This document shows positions 50,264 through 59,280 of a stretch of DNA of 64,000 bases, piece by piece. The translations under genes and the position numbers were made by a program. The DNA is from a virus (lineage: Duplodnaviria > Heunggongvirae > Uroviricota > Caudoviricetes): positions 38,640 through 102,639 of the IMG/VR virus record IMGVR_UViG_3300025838_000019; one strand, 5' to 3'. The notes under the pieces were generated by a model. It saw only the letters and a program-made list of their open reading frames with translations, had not been told where the DNA came from and made no database searches. How positions within the stretch are numbered: the first letter of the stretch is position 1; each line of letters starts with the position of its first letter.

Positions 50264-51397
50264 ATGCAAACTATCGTTACAATTAAACTCAATACAGAGT
50301 TCACAGATGCAAACTTGGAAACAGCAAAAGCTTTCTTACGTGCCGAAGCTTTTCCGCAATTCTACACAAACGAAGAATTCGAATCATTGGAGTTCCATGG
50401 ACTTCAATTGATCGAAGAACATCTAATCATTCGTGATGGTTATGGAAGTTCTCAATCAGTTCGTGCTGAAGGTAAGAATGAAAAGTATGACGAACTGAGA
50501 TATGATATCTTAGAAAACGGATTCCGTCTATACGAAAAGCCTATCTTTCTCCGTCCTTGTCCAGATCATCCAGGAAAATTCTTGTTGGTTGATGGTCGTA
50601 CAAAAGACAAAATTCTACACGAAAAGAAAGTTAAGAACCGTATCTGTGCTGTCATTGATATTGATGAATCTGAAGCAGACGTTTTTGGTAATCGAACAAA
50701 CGCAGGCGAAGATCGTCCACCAGCTGGTCTACTAAAAGAAATCGACATTCTATCTCTTGCACAGAGAATGATCGACCAAGGTACTCTAGAATTAGAAGTT
50801 GAAGCAATTTCAAATTTCATTGATAAGGTTTGTGGTAACAAAGGCAAGTTTTCTCCACAACGTAGAACTGCTTTGACTTATCAAATTTTTCACCAAAACA
50901 ATGCCATTCAAACATCTAAACTATTGCCAGTTGCATGGTCAAATGTTTCAGAAGTAAACACATGGTTGAAAGCTCACAACTATATCGAGACAGATAAAGT
51001 TGTTTATCTTCCATATGCAGCATCATCTCCGGTGAAAGCAGTTTTTGCCGCTGCAGCTCTGGCACAACAGAAACCAAACAAAGAAGTTCGTTTGGTTGCA
51101 TATGTCAGTAAATTGAACGGTCGTGATTTACAGAAGTGTTATTTGGAAGCAGTACTGAAATTTAAAAACAATTGGTACTATTACATGGAAATGTTGGGTA
51201 GCGTTTACTATTCTGGTAAATCATCTAATGAAGACCGTGTAAAGCTGTATGGTTATGTTCCATCAAATATCGAAACAGTATGCGATAACATGGAAAAGTT
51301 AATTGTTATCGGTAAAACAGATCAAAACATCGATGATTCATTCTTAACAAATCAATCATTGAATAGTTATTTTGATATCGGTGAAGAAGACCTATAA
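50264..51397 (+). CDS. Hypothetical protein with a ParB/Srx-like N-terminal segment
   Basis: aagga SD then ATG at 50264; LRYDILENGF...PIFL...GKFLLVDGRT resembles the ParB-N motif. Confidence 0.5.
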   Translation: MQTIVTIKLNTEFTDANLETAKAFLRAEAFPQFYTNEEFESLEFHGLQLIEEHLIIRDGYGSSQSVRAEGKNEKYDELRYDILENGFRLYEKPIFLRPCPDHPGKFLLVDGRTKDKILHEKKVKNRICAVIDIDESEADVFGNRTNAGEDRPPAGLLKEIDILSLAQRMIDQGTLELEVEAISNFIDKVCGNKGKFSPQRRTALTYQIFHQNNAIQTSKLLPVAWSNVSEVNTWLKAHNYIETDKVVYLPYAASSPVKAVFAAAALAQQKPNKEVRLVAYVSKLNGRDLQKCYLEAVLKFKNNWYYYMEMLGSVYYSGKSSNEDRVKLYGYVPSNIETVCDNMEKLIVIGKTDQNIDDSFLTNQSLNSYFDIGEEDL

Positions 51398-51407
51398 GGA
51401 GAAAATT

Positions 51408-52061
51408 ATGGTTGAAAAAGTAAATTTGGAGTTGAAGGATGTGTTGCGTGATGATGATACCATTATTATCGACACGGAAAAACAATCACAACTGGTACAA
51501 CACCACATCGAGACATTCGATTTGGTTTCAGAAGATGATCCTATCTTGCGAGAAGTATTGCCTGAATTTGATTTTGATAATGCAACAATCAATCCAGCCG
51601 ACTTTGCATCGTCAATGGTAGAAACCTGTATCAAAAATCGTGGTTACGGCTTGTCTGCAAATCAATGTGGATTCCGTCATCGCATGTTTGTAATGGGTGC
51701 TGGTACAGAATATGTGGCATTTTATAATCCTAAGGTTGTTAAAACTGAAGGTGAAACTCACATGGGTGAAGCATGTCTATCATTCCCGATGATGGAACTC
51801 AAGGTGACTCGTCCTAAAGAGATTTGGGTTGAATACCAAGACTTCAACGGTAACAAAAAAGAGGCACACTATGTTGGCTTAAGTGCAAGATGTTTCTTGC
51901 ATGAGCTTGACCACATGGACGGAATCGTGTATACTTCACGTGCGAAACCACTTGCATTGCAAATGGCTTTGAAAAAACGTAACAAGATTAAAACACTGAT
52001 TAAACGTGCTGAGAAAGCCGCAGAAAAAATTACAAAAGCCCATGGCAAAAAACATTCCTGA
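51408..52061 (+). CDS. def: Peptide deformylase
   Basis: All three PDF motifs present: GYGLSANQCG, EACLSF, HELDHMDG. Confidence 0.95.
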   Translation: MVEKVNLELKDVLRDDDTIIIDTEKQSQLVQHHIETFDLVSEDDPILREVLPEFDFDNATINPADFASSMVETCIKNRGYGLSANQCGFRHRMFVMGAGTEYVAFYNPKVVKTEGETHMGEACLSFPMMELKVTRPKEIWVEYQDFNGNKKEAHYVGLSARCFLHELDHMDGIVYTSRAKPLALQMALKKRNKIKTLIKRAEKAAEKITKAHGKKHS

Positions 52062-53310
52062 TATTGAAGAACAGTGGAGTAACTGGAAGGATCAAAACGA
52101 TCCTTCTAGTTTTACACACATTGATACCGAAAAACTTCGTGAAGATTTGATTGCAGACTTAACAATCAAGTCACAGATGGATGTTCGTGAGTATACCTTG
52201 TACCAGAAATGGTGTGAGGTACACGAAAAGTTTCCTACCAAAGAAGTTTCTGTTTTATTTGGTGATGATGAGTTTCAGCTTATAAATCCAAAACAGAAAA
52301 AAGATATTGAGTCTATCAAATCAAATCTTTGGATGCCAGAAACACCGGATGATTTTGATAAATTAAAACCTAAAATGGTTCTTTCTAATGGTCCGTTGGC
52401 AGACCGTTGGAACACACTACGCACATTCTCGTCTACAATGAAGAATAATTCTAACATTGGACGCAACCTATACTACACCGTGACAGATGAAGTCACAGGT
52501 AAGTATCTTGGTGTCATTTGTATTTCTTCTGACTTCCTAGACTTAACTCCACGTGATAAGTTTATTGGTTGGCCTAAAGAAGTGAAGACACAAGGTAACA
52601 TGATTAATCACACAGCAATCGGTTCTACGATTGTTCCTTTGCAACCACTCGGTTTTAATTATATGGGTGGTAAATTGTTGGCACTTTTGTGTCTATCTGA
52701 CACAGTTCAAGAAGATTGGAAAAGACAATATGGTGACATTCTTGTTGGCGTTACAACTACTTCTCTATATGGCATGGCAAAGTCCGGCGGGTTATCACAG
52801 TATGATGGTCTCGAACATTGGACTAAAATGGGATTCAGTTCGGGCTCAGTCGCTTTTGACCCTAGCCGTAATTTACTCAACACAATATACGATTGGGTAA
52901 AAGAGAATCATACACGCCATTACTTTGAATGGTGGGAAGCCAAGAAACCAAATGGCTTACCATACAAACGTGACCATAAAAATCGTACACTACACTTTGC
53001 ATACAGTAAGTTGAAGATACCAAAAGAATTGGTGAAGTGTGCTCACCAACGTGGCATTTACTTTTCGCCACTATACAATAACACACCCGAATTCCTCCGT
53101 AAAGAAATTACGGAAGAATCACTGGTAAAATCATTTGATACCAGTGTTGAGGCTTTGACAAATATTTGGAAAACCAAATATGCCAAAGGCCGTATTAGGC
53201 AACTTCAAAAGAAAAATAACGTTTCATATGAAACACTTTTCTATGATGACCTAATCTATTTGTCTTGGGAAGAAACCAAGTCAAAGTATTTGCCACAAGT
53301 TGGCAGATAA
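52042..53310 (+). CDS. DUF4338/DruA-like protein
   Basis: LGVICISSDFLDLTPRDKFIGW, IVPLQPLGFNYMGGKLLALL, TTTSLYG...SQY resemble phage DUF4338-type proteins (recognised by eye). Confidence 0.6.
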   Translation: MAKNIPDIEEQWSNWKDQNDPSSFTHIDTEKLREDLIADLTIKSQMDVREYTLYQKWCEVHEKFPTKEVSVLFGDDEFQLINPKQKKDIESIKSNLWMPETPDDFDKLKPKMVLSNGPLADRWNTLRTFSSTMKNNSNIGRNLYYTVTDEVTGKYLGVICISSDFLDLTPRDKFIGWPKEVKTQGNMINHTAIGSTIVPLQPLGFNYMGGKLLALLCLSDTVQEDWKRQYGDILVGVTTTSLYGMAKSGGLSQYDGLEHWTKMGFSSGSVAFDPSRNLLNTIYDWVKENHTRHYFEWWEAKKPNGLPYKRDHKNRTLHFAYSKLKIPKELVKCAHQRGIYFSPLYNNTPEFLRKEITEESLVKSFDTSVEALTNIWKTKYAKGRIRQLQKKNNVSYETLFYDDLIYLSWEETKSKYLPQVGR

Positions 53311-53332
53311 GTCAAGTATGCCATTAGGATTC

Positions 53333-53361
53333 TTGACAAACATCATATATAATGATATGAT
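53333..53361 (+). promoter_or_regulatory. Sigma70-type early promoter
   Basis: TTGACA-17nt-TATGAT with extended -10 TG. Confidence 0.75.
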
Positions 53362-53416
53362 ACTGATACTTGCAATCTGCAAGATTTTTTGTTAAACTTT
53401 GTTATTAGGAGATATT

Positions 53417-53686
53417 ATGTCTAAATTGTCCGCAAAAGCTAAAATGTTGAACTACTTGAGCAAAACAGAAGGTTACAACACCTTCTCCGTTGCACAAGGT
53501 CGTAAATTGTTCGGCGTTACAAACGTTTCTGCACGTATTGATGAACTTCGTCAAGAAGGTCATGTGATCTACACAAACACCGTTACTAAGAATGACGGCA
53601 GCAAAGCCCAAGTTTATCGTCTTGGCAAACCAACTAAAGCTCTAGTGAAAGCAGCATTGCAAGCTGGTTACTCTTTGGCAGCTTAA
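53417..53686 (+). CDS. Small winged helix-turn-helix DNA-binding protein
   Basis: aggag SD; basic; FSVAQGRKLFGVTNVSARIDELRQEG.VI HTH plus wing pattern. Confidence 0.65.
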   Translation: MSKLSAKAKMLNYLSKTEGYNTFSVAQGRKLFGVTNVSARIDELRQEGHVIYTNTVTKNDGSKAQVYRLGKPTKALVKAALQAGYSLAA

Positions 53687-53690
53687 TCTA

Positions 53691-53712
53691 AGGGGGCAAG
53701 TCCCCCTTTTTT
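53691..53712 (+). terminator. Intrinsic terminator
   Basis: AGGGGG-CAAGT-CCCCCT followed by a T run. Confidence 0.8.
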
Positions 53713-53733
53713 CTTTACCATTACGGAGTCCAA

Positions 53734-54552
53734 ATGGAAATTTCAATTAAAAGAGAAGACTTACAAAAGAAAAGCCTATTTGTGGCTACACCAATGTATG
53801 GTGGTATGAACCACGGTTTGTATATGAAAGCTTGCTTAGACTTGCAAGGCCTTTGTATGCAATACGGCATCAGTATCAAGTTTTCTTTCCTATTCAATGA
53901 ATCTTTGATTACTCGTGCTCGTAACTATTTGGTCGATGAATTTATCCATCGTTCAGACTGTACACACATGTTGTTCTTGGACTCAGATATTAACTTCCAA
54001 CCACAAGACGTTATTGCAATGTTGGCGTTGGATAAAGATGTTATCGGCGGACCATATCCAAAGAAAGCAATCAAATGGAAATCTATTCAAGCCGCTCTTA
54101 AGCGCAACCCAGATTTGCCACTAGAAGCACTTGGTCAATTGACTGGTGACTTCGTTTTCAACCCAGTTAAGGGTACAGAGAAATTCAATGTTTCAGAACC
54201 TCTTGAAGTTCTTGAAATTGGTACCGGTTTCATGATGGTTAAGCGTGAAGTGTTCCAGAAAATGGAAGAAGCTTACCCAATGATTCGTTATAAACCAGAT
54301 CACGTTGGTCAAGCCAACTTTGATGGTTCACGTTATATTCATGCGTTCTTCGACACCGTGATTGATAGCAAAGATTCTATCACTGGTGGTGGTTCAGATC
54401 GTTACTTGTCAGAAGATTATATGTTCTGCCAAATGTATCGTAAGATCGGTGGACAAATTTGGTTGTGTCCATGGATGAGAACTGAACACTTGGGTACTTA
54501 TCACTTCAAAGGTGATATGCCATCTATCGCAAATTACGTTGGAGAAATGTAA
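53734..54552 (+). CDS. GT-A fold glycosyltransferase-like protein
   Basis: FVATPMYGG, SLITRARN, THMLFLDSDI (DxD), GTGFMMVKREVF, YLSEDYMFC. Confidence 0.75.
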   Translation: MEISIKREDLQKKSLFVATPMYGGMNHGLYMKACLDLQGLCMQYGISIKFSFLFNESLITRARNYLVDEFIHRSDCTHMLFLDSDINFQPQDVIAMLALDKDVIGGPYPKKAIKWKSIQAALKRNPDLPLEALGQLTGDFVFNPVKGTEKFNVSEPLEVLEIGTGFMMVKREVFQKMEEAYPMIRYKPDHVGQANFDGSRYIHAFFDTVIDSKDSITGGGSDRYLSEDYMFCQMYRKIGGQIWLCPWMRTEHLGTYHFKGDMPSIANYVGEM

Positions 54553-55202
54553 TGATTATTGGCTTACTTGGATTTATTGGTTCAGGTAAAGGTACCGCAG
54601 GCGACCTCTTGAAAGACATGGGATTTACTCCTGTGTCTTTTGCAAAGGGTGTCAAAGATGTGGCCGCTGAAATGTTTGGTTGGCCTCGTCATTTGTTAGA
54701 AGGTGACACTCAACAGTCACGTGAATGGCGTGAAGTACCTGACGAATTCTGGTCTAAAGAATTGGGTAAGCCATTTACACCTCGACTTGCACTACAGTTG
54801 ATGGGTACAGAAGTTGGTCGTGATGTATTTCATGAAGACTTTTGGGTTATCAAGTTGAAAAGATATATTGAACAAAATCCTGATACGCACTATGTTATCA
54901 CTGATGTTCGTTTTCAAAATGAAATTGAATTTGTTCATTCAATGAATGGTATCACGATTGAAATTGAGCGTGGTGTAAGACCTCATTGGTATTCTATTGC
55001 AGCTACCGCAAATCATGGTGGCCACAAAGAAGAACAATACATGCTAGAACAATCTGGCATACATGAATCTGAATGGCGTTGGATTGGTGGTCAAATTGAT
55101 TATACTATCCAAAACTCAGGTACTATGGAAGACTTGAAAGATAACTTGATTAGACGTATTGCTTTTTCATACGGATCAGGTATAATGAGTGAATTGAAAT
55201 AA
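54552..55202 (+). CDS. Deoxynucleoside monophosphate kinase
   Basis: IIGLLGFIGSGKGT P-loop, PRLALQLMGTEVGR, VITDVRFQNE, HESE (T4 gp1-like). Confidence 0.9.
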   Translation: MIIGLLGFIGSGKGTAGDLLKDMGFTPVSFAKGVKDVAAEMFGWPRHLLEGDTQQSREWREVPDEFWSKELGKPFTPRLALQLMGTEVGRDVFHEDFWVIKLKRYIEQNPDTHYVITDVRFQNEIEFVHSMNGITIEIERGVRPHWYSIAATANHGGHKEEQYMLEQSGIHESEWRWIGGQIDYTIQNSGTMEDLKDNLIRRIAFSYGSGIMSELK

Positions 55203-55212
55203 GGAGTATATT

Positions 55213-55908
55213 ATGAAATTGTCCAGCGAAACATTGACCGTGTTGCAAAACTTTGCATCGATCAATAGTAATCTCGAATTTAAAAAGGGTAAGACCCTAA
55301 AAACTATTTCTCCAGGTAAAGGTCTTTTGGCCACAGCTACTTTGGGTGATGAGTTTGATGCCGATTTTTGTGTAGTTGATTTGAATCAGTTCTTGGTTGT
55401 TTACAACTTGAACAAAGACACAGAAATTCAATTGACAGATAAAGACATTATCTTCAAAGCAGGTCGTTCTAAAACAAATTACCGCAAAACAGAGCGTTCT
55501 AATTGTGTTCTTCCACCAGAGAAAGAATTGACATTGCCTTCTGTTGAACTTGATATTTTGATTTTGGATACAGACTTGGCTTCTATTTTGAAGTCTGCTT
55601 CTGTATTGAAGTCTACACACATCGCTGTTGAAACAAACAAAGACAACACCAAAGTCTTGTTGACCGCATGTGATCCTGCTGACGACTCTGCACACATTAA
55701 CTCTATTGAGTTGGGTGAGAACACTACAGGTAAAGAATTCTCCTTTGTCTTTAGTGTTGATAACATGAAGATGATTCCAGGTGAATATAGATTGCAGTCC
55801 TCTGCAAAAGGTCTTGCATCGTTTAAAAACAACAAAGTTGATATTCAATATTTCATGGCCATGGAAAAGAAATACTCAACTTTTGAAGATAAGAAAGTAG
55901 GCGCATAA
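55213..55908 (+). CDS. gp45: Sliding clamp gp45
   Basis: MKLSSETLTVLQNFASINSNL; NMKMIPGEY; directly upstream of the gp44/62 block. Confidence 0.9.
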   Translation: MKLSSETLTVLQNFASINSNLEFKKGKTLKTISPGKGLLATATLGDEFDADFCVVDLNQFLVVYNLNKDTEIQLTDKDIIFKAGRSKTNYRKTERSNCVLPPEKELTLPSVELDILILDTDLASILKSASVLKSTHIAVETNKDNTKVLLTACDPADDSAHINSIELGENTTGKEFSFVFSVDNMKMIPGEYRLQSSAKGLASFKNNKVDIQYFMAMEKKYSTFEDKKVGA

Positions 55909-56087
55909 TGATTTGGGTAACCGATATCGTAACTGGCAACAAAGTTGCTTTGAACCCTGAATATGTTGTTGCAGTCTTCATTGCACCAGATGGTGAGAAT
56001 CAAGGCAAGACTGCGATTAATTTGATTAACGGACAAATTATTGTCAAAGAAACTGACATTGAAGTTGTGGGGATGATTGAACAATGA
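55908..56087 (+). CDS. Small hypothetical protein (59 aa, absent from the ORF track)
   Basis: MIWVTDIVTGNKVALNPEYVVAVFIAPDGENQGKTAINLINGQIIVKETDIEVVGMIEQ; start overlaps the gp45 stop and stop overlaps the next start; loosely FlbD-like. Confidence 0.65.
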   Translation: MIWVTDIVTGNKVALNPEYVVAVFIAPDGENQGKTAINLINGQIIVKETDIEVVGMIEQ

Positions 56088-56359
56088 CTAAAGTAAATAC
56101 ATTATTTGGTTCTTTTGATGAGAAACAATTGAAAGAGTTAAAAGGTTACGTTGATGAAATGGTGGTTCATATGAACCGCAATAAAGCTAACAATGAAGCC
56201 GTGAAAGATATTGTTAATGTTGCCAACGAAGAATTGAAAGTCCCTAAAAAGATTATCAAACGCATGGCAAAGGTTCAGTTCAACAATAACTTCCAAACAG
56301 AAGTTGCTGAATCTAAAGAGTTTGAGGCGTTGTTTGAATCCATGTTGGAAGTCAAATGA
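56084..56359 (+). CDS. dsDNA-binding protein (T4 DsbA/GapR-like)
   Basis: Helical; KIIKRMAKVQFNNNFQTEVAESKEFEALFE pattern. Confidence 0.6.
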   Translation: MTKVNTLFGSFDEKQLKELKGYVDEMVVHMNRNKANNEAVKDIVNVANEELKVPKKIIKRMAKVQFNNNFQTEVAESKEFEALFESMLEVK

Positions 56360-56697
56360 GCCTGGTGGGTCGTAGACAGTTCGCTAAGTCACTAGGTCTT
56401 ATTGGCCTAGTGGCCGCTGGCGCCAAAGGTTATGCTGAGGTAAAAGAACGTATTGTCTACAAAGAAGATGAGTTACCCACCAAAGAGTTGGAAAAACAAC
56501 TCGAAGGTAAACCTGTGTTGCAATTGATGGCAACATACGGTACACCAAAACCTGTACAATCTTGGAGTCAATACAATATTGTTGGTTTCGGTGAAGAATA
56601 TGTAGAAGGTACCAAAAAGGAAGTGAAGGTCAATATTGTACCTGGTCCTGACGGTAAACTTTACGTCAAAGAGAATGACATTTGGCGTAAAGTCTGA
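56356..56697 (+). CDS. Hypothetical protein with twin-arginine (Tat) signal peptide
   Basis: N-terminal GRRQFAK, hydrophobic LGLIGLVAAGA, and a GYA|E cleavage-like site. Confidence 0.55.
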   Translation: MSLVGRRQFAKSLGLIGLVAAGAKGYAEVKERIVYKEDELPTKELEKQLEGKPVLQLMATYGTPKPVQSWSQYNIVGFGEEYVEGTKKEVKVNIVPGPDGKLYVKENDIWRKV

Positions 56698-56729
56698 TAC
56701 AATACATTTTTATATTATGGAGAATTTGA

Positions 56730-57662
56730 ATGAGCGAACACATGTTGTGGGTAGAGAAGTATCGTCCACATAAAGTTGAAGATTGTATTCTTCCTGACCG
56801 TATCAAAGATACATTTCAAGAATACGTAAATCACAAACAAATTCCTAACCTATTGTTGGCTGGCACCGCAGGTGTTGGTAAAACCACCATTGCAAAAGCA
56901 TTGTGTGAAGAAGTAGGTTGTGACTATCTAGTTATTAACGGTTCAGATGACCGTGGTATCGCAACCATGCAGAACCAAGTCAAGAACTATGCGACCTCAA
57001 TGAGTTTGTCCGGTGGTCGTAAAGTTGTCATCATCGATGAGGCAGATAATCTAACACCAGATGCACAAAAAGCTTTGCGTGGTATTATCGAAAACGTCTC
57101 TGACAATTGTTCCTTTATCTTTACTTGTAACTTCAAGAACCGTATTCTTGATGCATTACATTCTCGTTGTGCCGTGATTGACTTTAAACCTAACGGTTCT
57201 AAAGCCAAGATGGCCACACAGTTTTTCAAACGAGTTGAAAGTATTCTTACGTCAGAAGGAGTGACATATGAGAAGGATGTCGTTGCAGCAGTTATCACGA
57301 AATATTTTCCTGATAATCGCCGTATTCTTAACGAGCTTCAGCGGTATAGTATTGGCGGCACAATTGACAAAGGTATTCTTGCATCAGTTGCCGATGTGCA
57401 GGTAGCAGACCTTGTTAAAGCTCTTTCTAGTAAAGACTTTGCATCTGCTCGTAAATGGGTTACAAACAACCTAGACAATGATCCATCACGAATCTTCCGT
57501 ACTCTGTATGACGGTTTGTATGAGAAGTTGTCACCTAATTCTGTACCACAACTGGTTCTAATCCTCGCCAAATATCAGTATCAAGCTGCATTTGTGGCTG
57601 ACCACGAAATCAACTTGATCGCATGTTTGACCGAAATTATGGTTGAATGTGAGTTCAAGTGA
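56730..57662 (+). CDS. gp44: Clamp loader ATPase subunit gp44
   Basis: LWVEKYRP, GTAGVGKTT, IIDEAD, LHSRC, PDNRRILNELQRY. Confidence 0.96.
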   Translation: MSEHMLWVEKYRPHKVEDCILPDRIKDTFQEYVNHKQIPNLLLAGTAGVGKTTIAKALCEEVGCDYLVINGSDDRGIATMQNQVKNYATSMSLSGGRKVVIIDEADNLTPDAQKALRGIIENVSDNCSFIFTCNFKNRILDALHSRCAVIDFKPNGSKAKMATQFFKRVESILTSEGVTYEKDVVAAVITKYFPDNRRILNELQRYSIGGTIDKGILASVADVQVADLVKALSSKDFASARKWVTNNLDNDPSRIFRTLYDGLYEKLSPNSVPQLVLILAKYQYQAAFVADHEINLIACLTEIMVECEFK

Positions 57663-58048
57663 TGTTAGACCTATTCAAAGAAATCATTCCGTCAATTCTT
57701 ACAAAAGGTAAGTCAGTCTTTCCTGAAGATTCAGATTACAAAGACTACGTTCCTTTTGTGGTGAATCGTGCTTTGTCTTATCATATGGACTGTGTGTTGT
57801 ATGTCAATGATTTGAACCAACATCCATCCATGGATAAGGATATGCAATATCATTATCTTCTAAATAGTATTAGGCCGATGAAACGTAAGTTCCAACCATG
57901 GCAGAAACCATCGGCAGATAAAGATATTGATTGCGTCAAAGAATACTTTGGTTACAATAACCAAAGAGCCAAAGAAGCCTTGGCTATTCTGACTAAAGAA
58001 CAAATCGCTGAAATAAGAATAAAAACAGATAAAGGCGGAGTGAAATGA
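57662..58048 (+). CDS. gp62: Clamp loader small subunit gp62
   Basis: YVPFVVNRALSY, QYHYLLNSI, VKEYFGYN..RAKEAL.IL. Confidence 0.9.
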   Translation: MLDLFKEIIPSILTKGKSVFPEDSDYKDYVPFVVNRALSYHMDCVLYVNDLNQHPSMDKDMQYHYLLNSIRPMKRKFQPWQKPSADKDIDCVKEYFGYNNQRAKEALAILTKEQIAEIRIKTDKGGVK

Positions 58049-58452
58049 AAGATATTTCCAGTTTAATTGAAGTTACACTGAATGAGAAAGATGATTTCCT
58101 AAAAGTAAGAGAGACACTAACTCGAATTGGTGTAGCTTCCAAAAAAGATAAAACCTTGTACCAATCTTGCCACATTCTACACAAGCAAGGTAAGTACTAC
58201 ATCGTGCATTTCAAAGAGTTGTTTGCACTTGACGGAAAACCAACAGACATTACAGATAATGATTTGTCTCGTAGAAACGCTATTGCAAACTTGTTGCAAG
58301 ACTGGGGCTTGATTGCTTTGGTAAATAAAGATTCAACCAAAACACCAGAACCAATTTTCTTGTCACAGGTGAAAATCTTGTCTCATAAAGAGAAAGGTGA
58401 ATGGCAATTAGTACCGAAATATAACATCGGAAATAAGACGAAAGCTGTATAA
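58045..58452 (+). CDS. regA: Translational repressor RegA
   Basis: DDFLKVRETLTRIGVAS, LYQSCHILHKQGKYYIVHFKELFALDG, LVPKYNIG. Confidence 0.97.
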   Translation: MKDISSLIEVTLNEKDDFLKVRETLTRIGVASKKDKTLYQSCHILHKQGKYYIVHFKELFALDGKPTDITDNDLSRRNAIANLLQDWGLIALVNKDSTKTPEPIFLSQVKILSHKEKGEWQLVPKYNIGNKTKAV

Positions 58453-58614
58453 ATAATTGTATCTCAGTCCCATCGGGATGGGAAAAAGGTGCTCCACCTA
58501 CCTTAGGAGCGTATTAAAACGGGTGTACGTCATCACCGCTGGAAAACGTAACCAGCACCAACGATATGCCTTCGGGGTATCAAAAATTTAACTTGCTTAT
58601 TTAAGGAGAAAACT
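58448..58614 (+). promoter_or_regulatory. Late promoter plus multi-hairpin 5' UTR with ROSE-like SD hairpin
   Basis: TATAAATA at 58448-55; five short hairpins; CTTGCTT(58592-98) pairs with AAGGAG(58603-08) leaving a bulged G. Confidence 0.55.
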
Positions 58615-59040
58615 ATGAACGACATGTTCAACTTCCATCGCTTCGACCCTTTCACAATCGGTTTCACCGATGTTTTTGAAGAACTTGAAAAGGCTTCAAA
58701 AAAACTACAGAAAGCGGCATTCCCTCCATACAATATCAAACAGTTGTCCGAAAACGAATACGTCATTGAAATGGCTGTTGCTGGTTTTGGTAAACAAGAT
58801 ATTGAAGTTACTCTAGAAGGTAACAAGCTTGTCGTTAAAGGCAACGCTAAAGAGGATGAACCAGATACTTTCATCTACAAAGGAATTGCTAACCGAAACT
58901 TCACACATGAATTCACTATTGCCGATAAGGTAGAAATTGAAAATGCCGAATTGGTAAACGGTATGTTGAAGATAGGTTTGTCTAATATGGTAAAGATGCA
59001 AGACGCCATCAAAAAGATTCCCCTATTCTCTAAAGAGTAA
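58615..59040 (+). CDS. Small heat-shock protein Hsp20 (IbpA-like)
   Basis: FPPYNI, YVIEMAVAGF, YKGIANRNFTHEF, AELVNGMLKI. Confidence 0.95.
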   Translation: MNDMFNFHRFDPFTIGFTDVFEELEKASKKLQKAAFPPYNIKQLSENEYVIEMAVAGFGKQDIEVTLEGNKLVVKGNAKEDEPDTFIYKGIANRNFTHEFTIADKVEIENAELVNGMLKIGLSNMVKMQDAIKKIPLFSKE

Positions 59041-59044
59041 TAAG

Positions 59045-59082
59045 AAAAGGGTCTTGACAGACCCTTTTTTTTCATGTATAAT
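59045..59082 (+). terminator. Intrinsic terminator overlapping a sigma70 promoter
   Basis: AAAAGGGTC-TTGACA-GACCCTTTT plus T run; the loop TTGACA is a -35 box 17 nt upstream of TATAAT (59077-82). Confidence 0.8.
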
Positions 59083-59091
59083 GGTGATATT

Positions 59092-59280
59092 ATGAAAAAA
59101 TTAGACTTTATTAAAATGCGAGTGGTTTCTTCAAGAGAAATTGTGTACACATTCAAACACTGGCCAACCCAAGAAATTGATGGTGTGGAGTTTTTGTCTG
59201 TCTGTAAACGTGAACCTTCACAAGAACTGACACAAGTATCACATTGGATGCGTAAAGATTCTTTGGAAAGAGTGAAATGA
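59092..59280 (+). CDS. Hypothetical protein
   Basis: ATG downstream of the promoter above; overlaps the next gene. Confidence 0.55.
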   Translation: MKKLDFIKMRVVSSREIVYTFKHWPTQEIDGVEFLSVCKREPSQELTQVSHWMRKDSLERVK

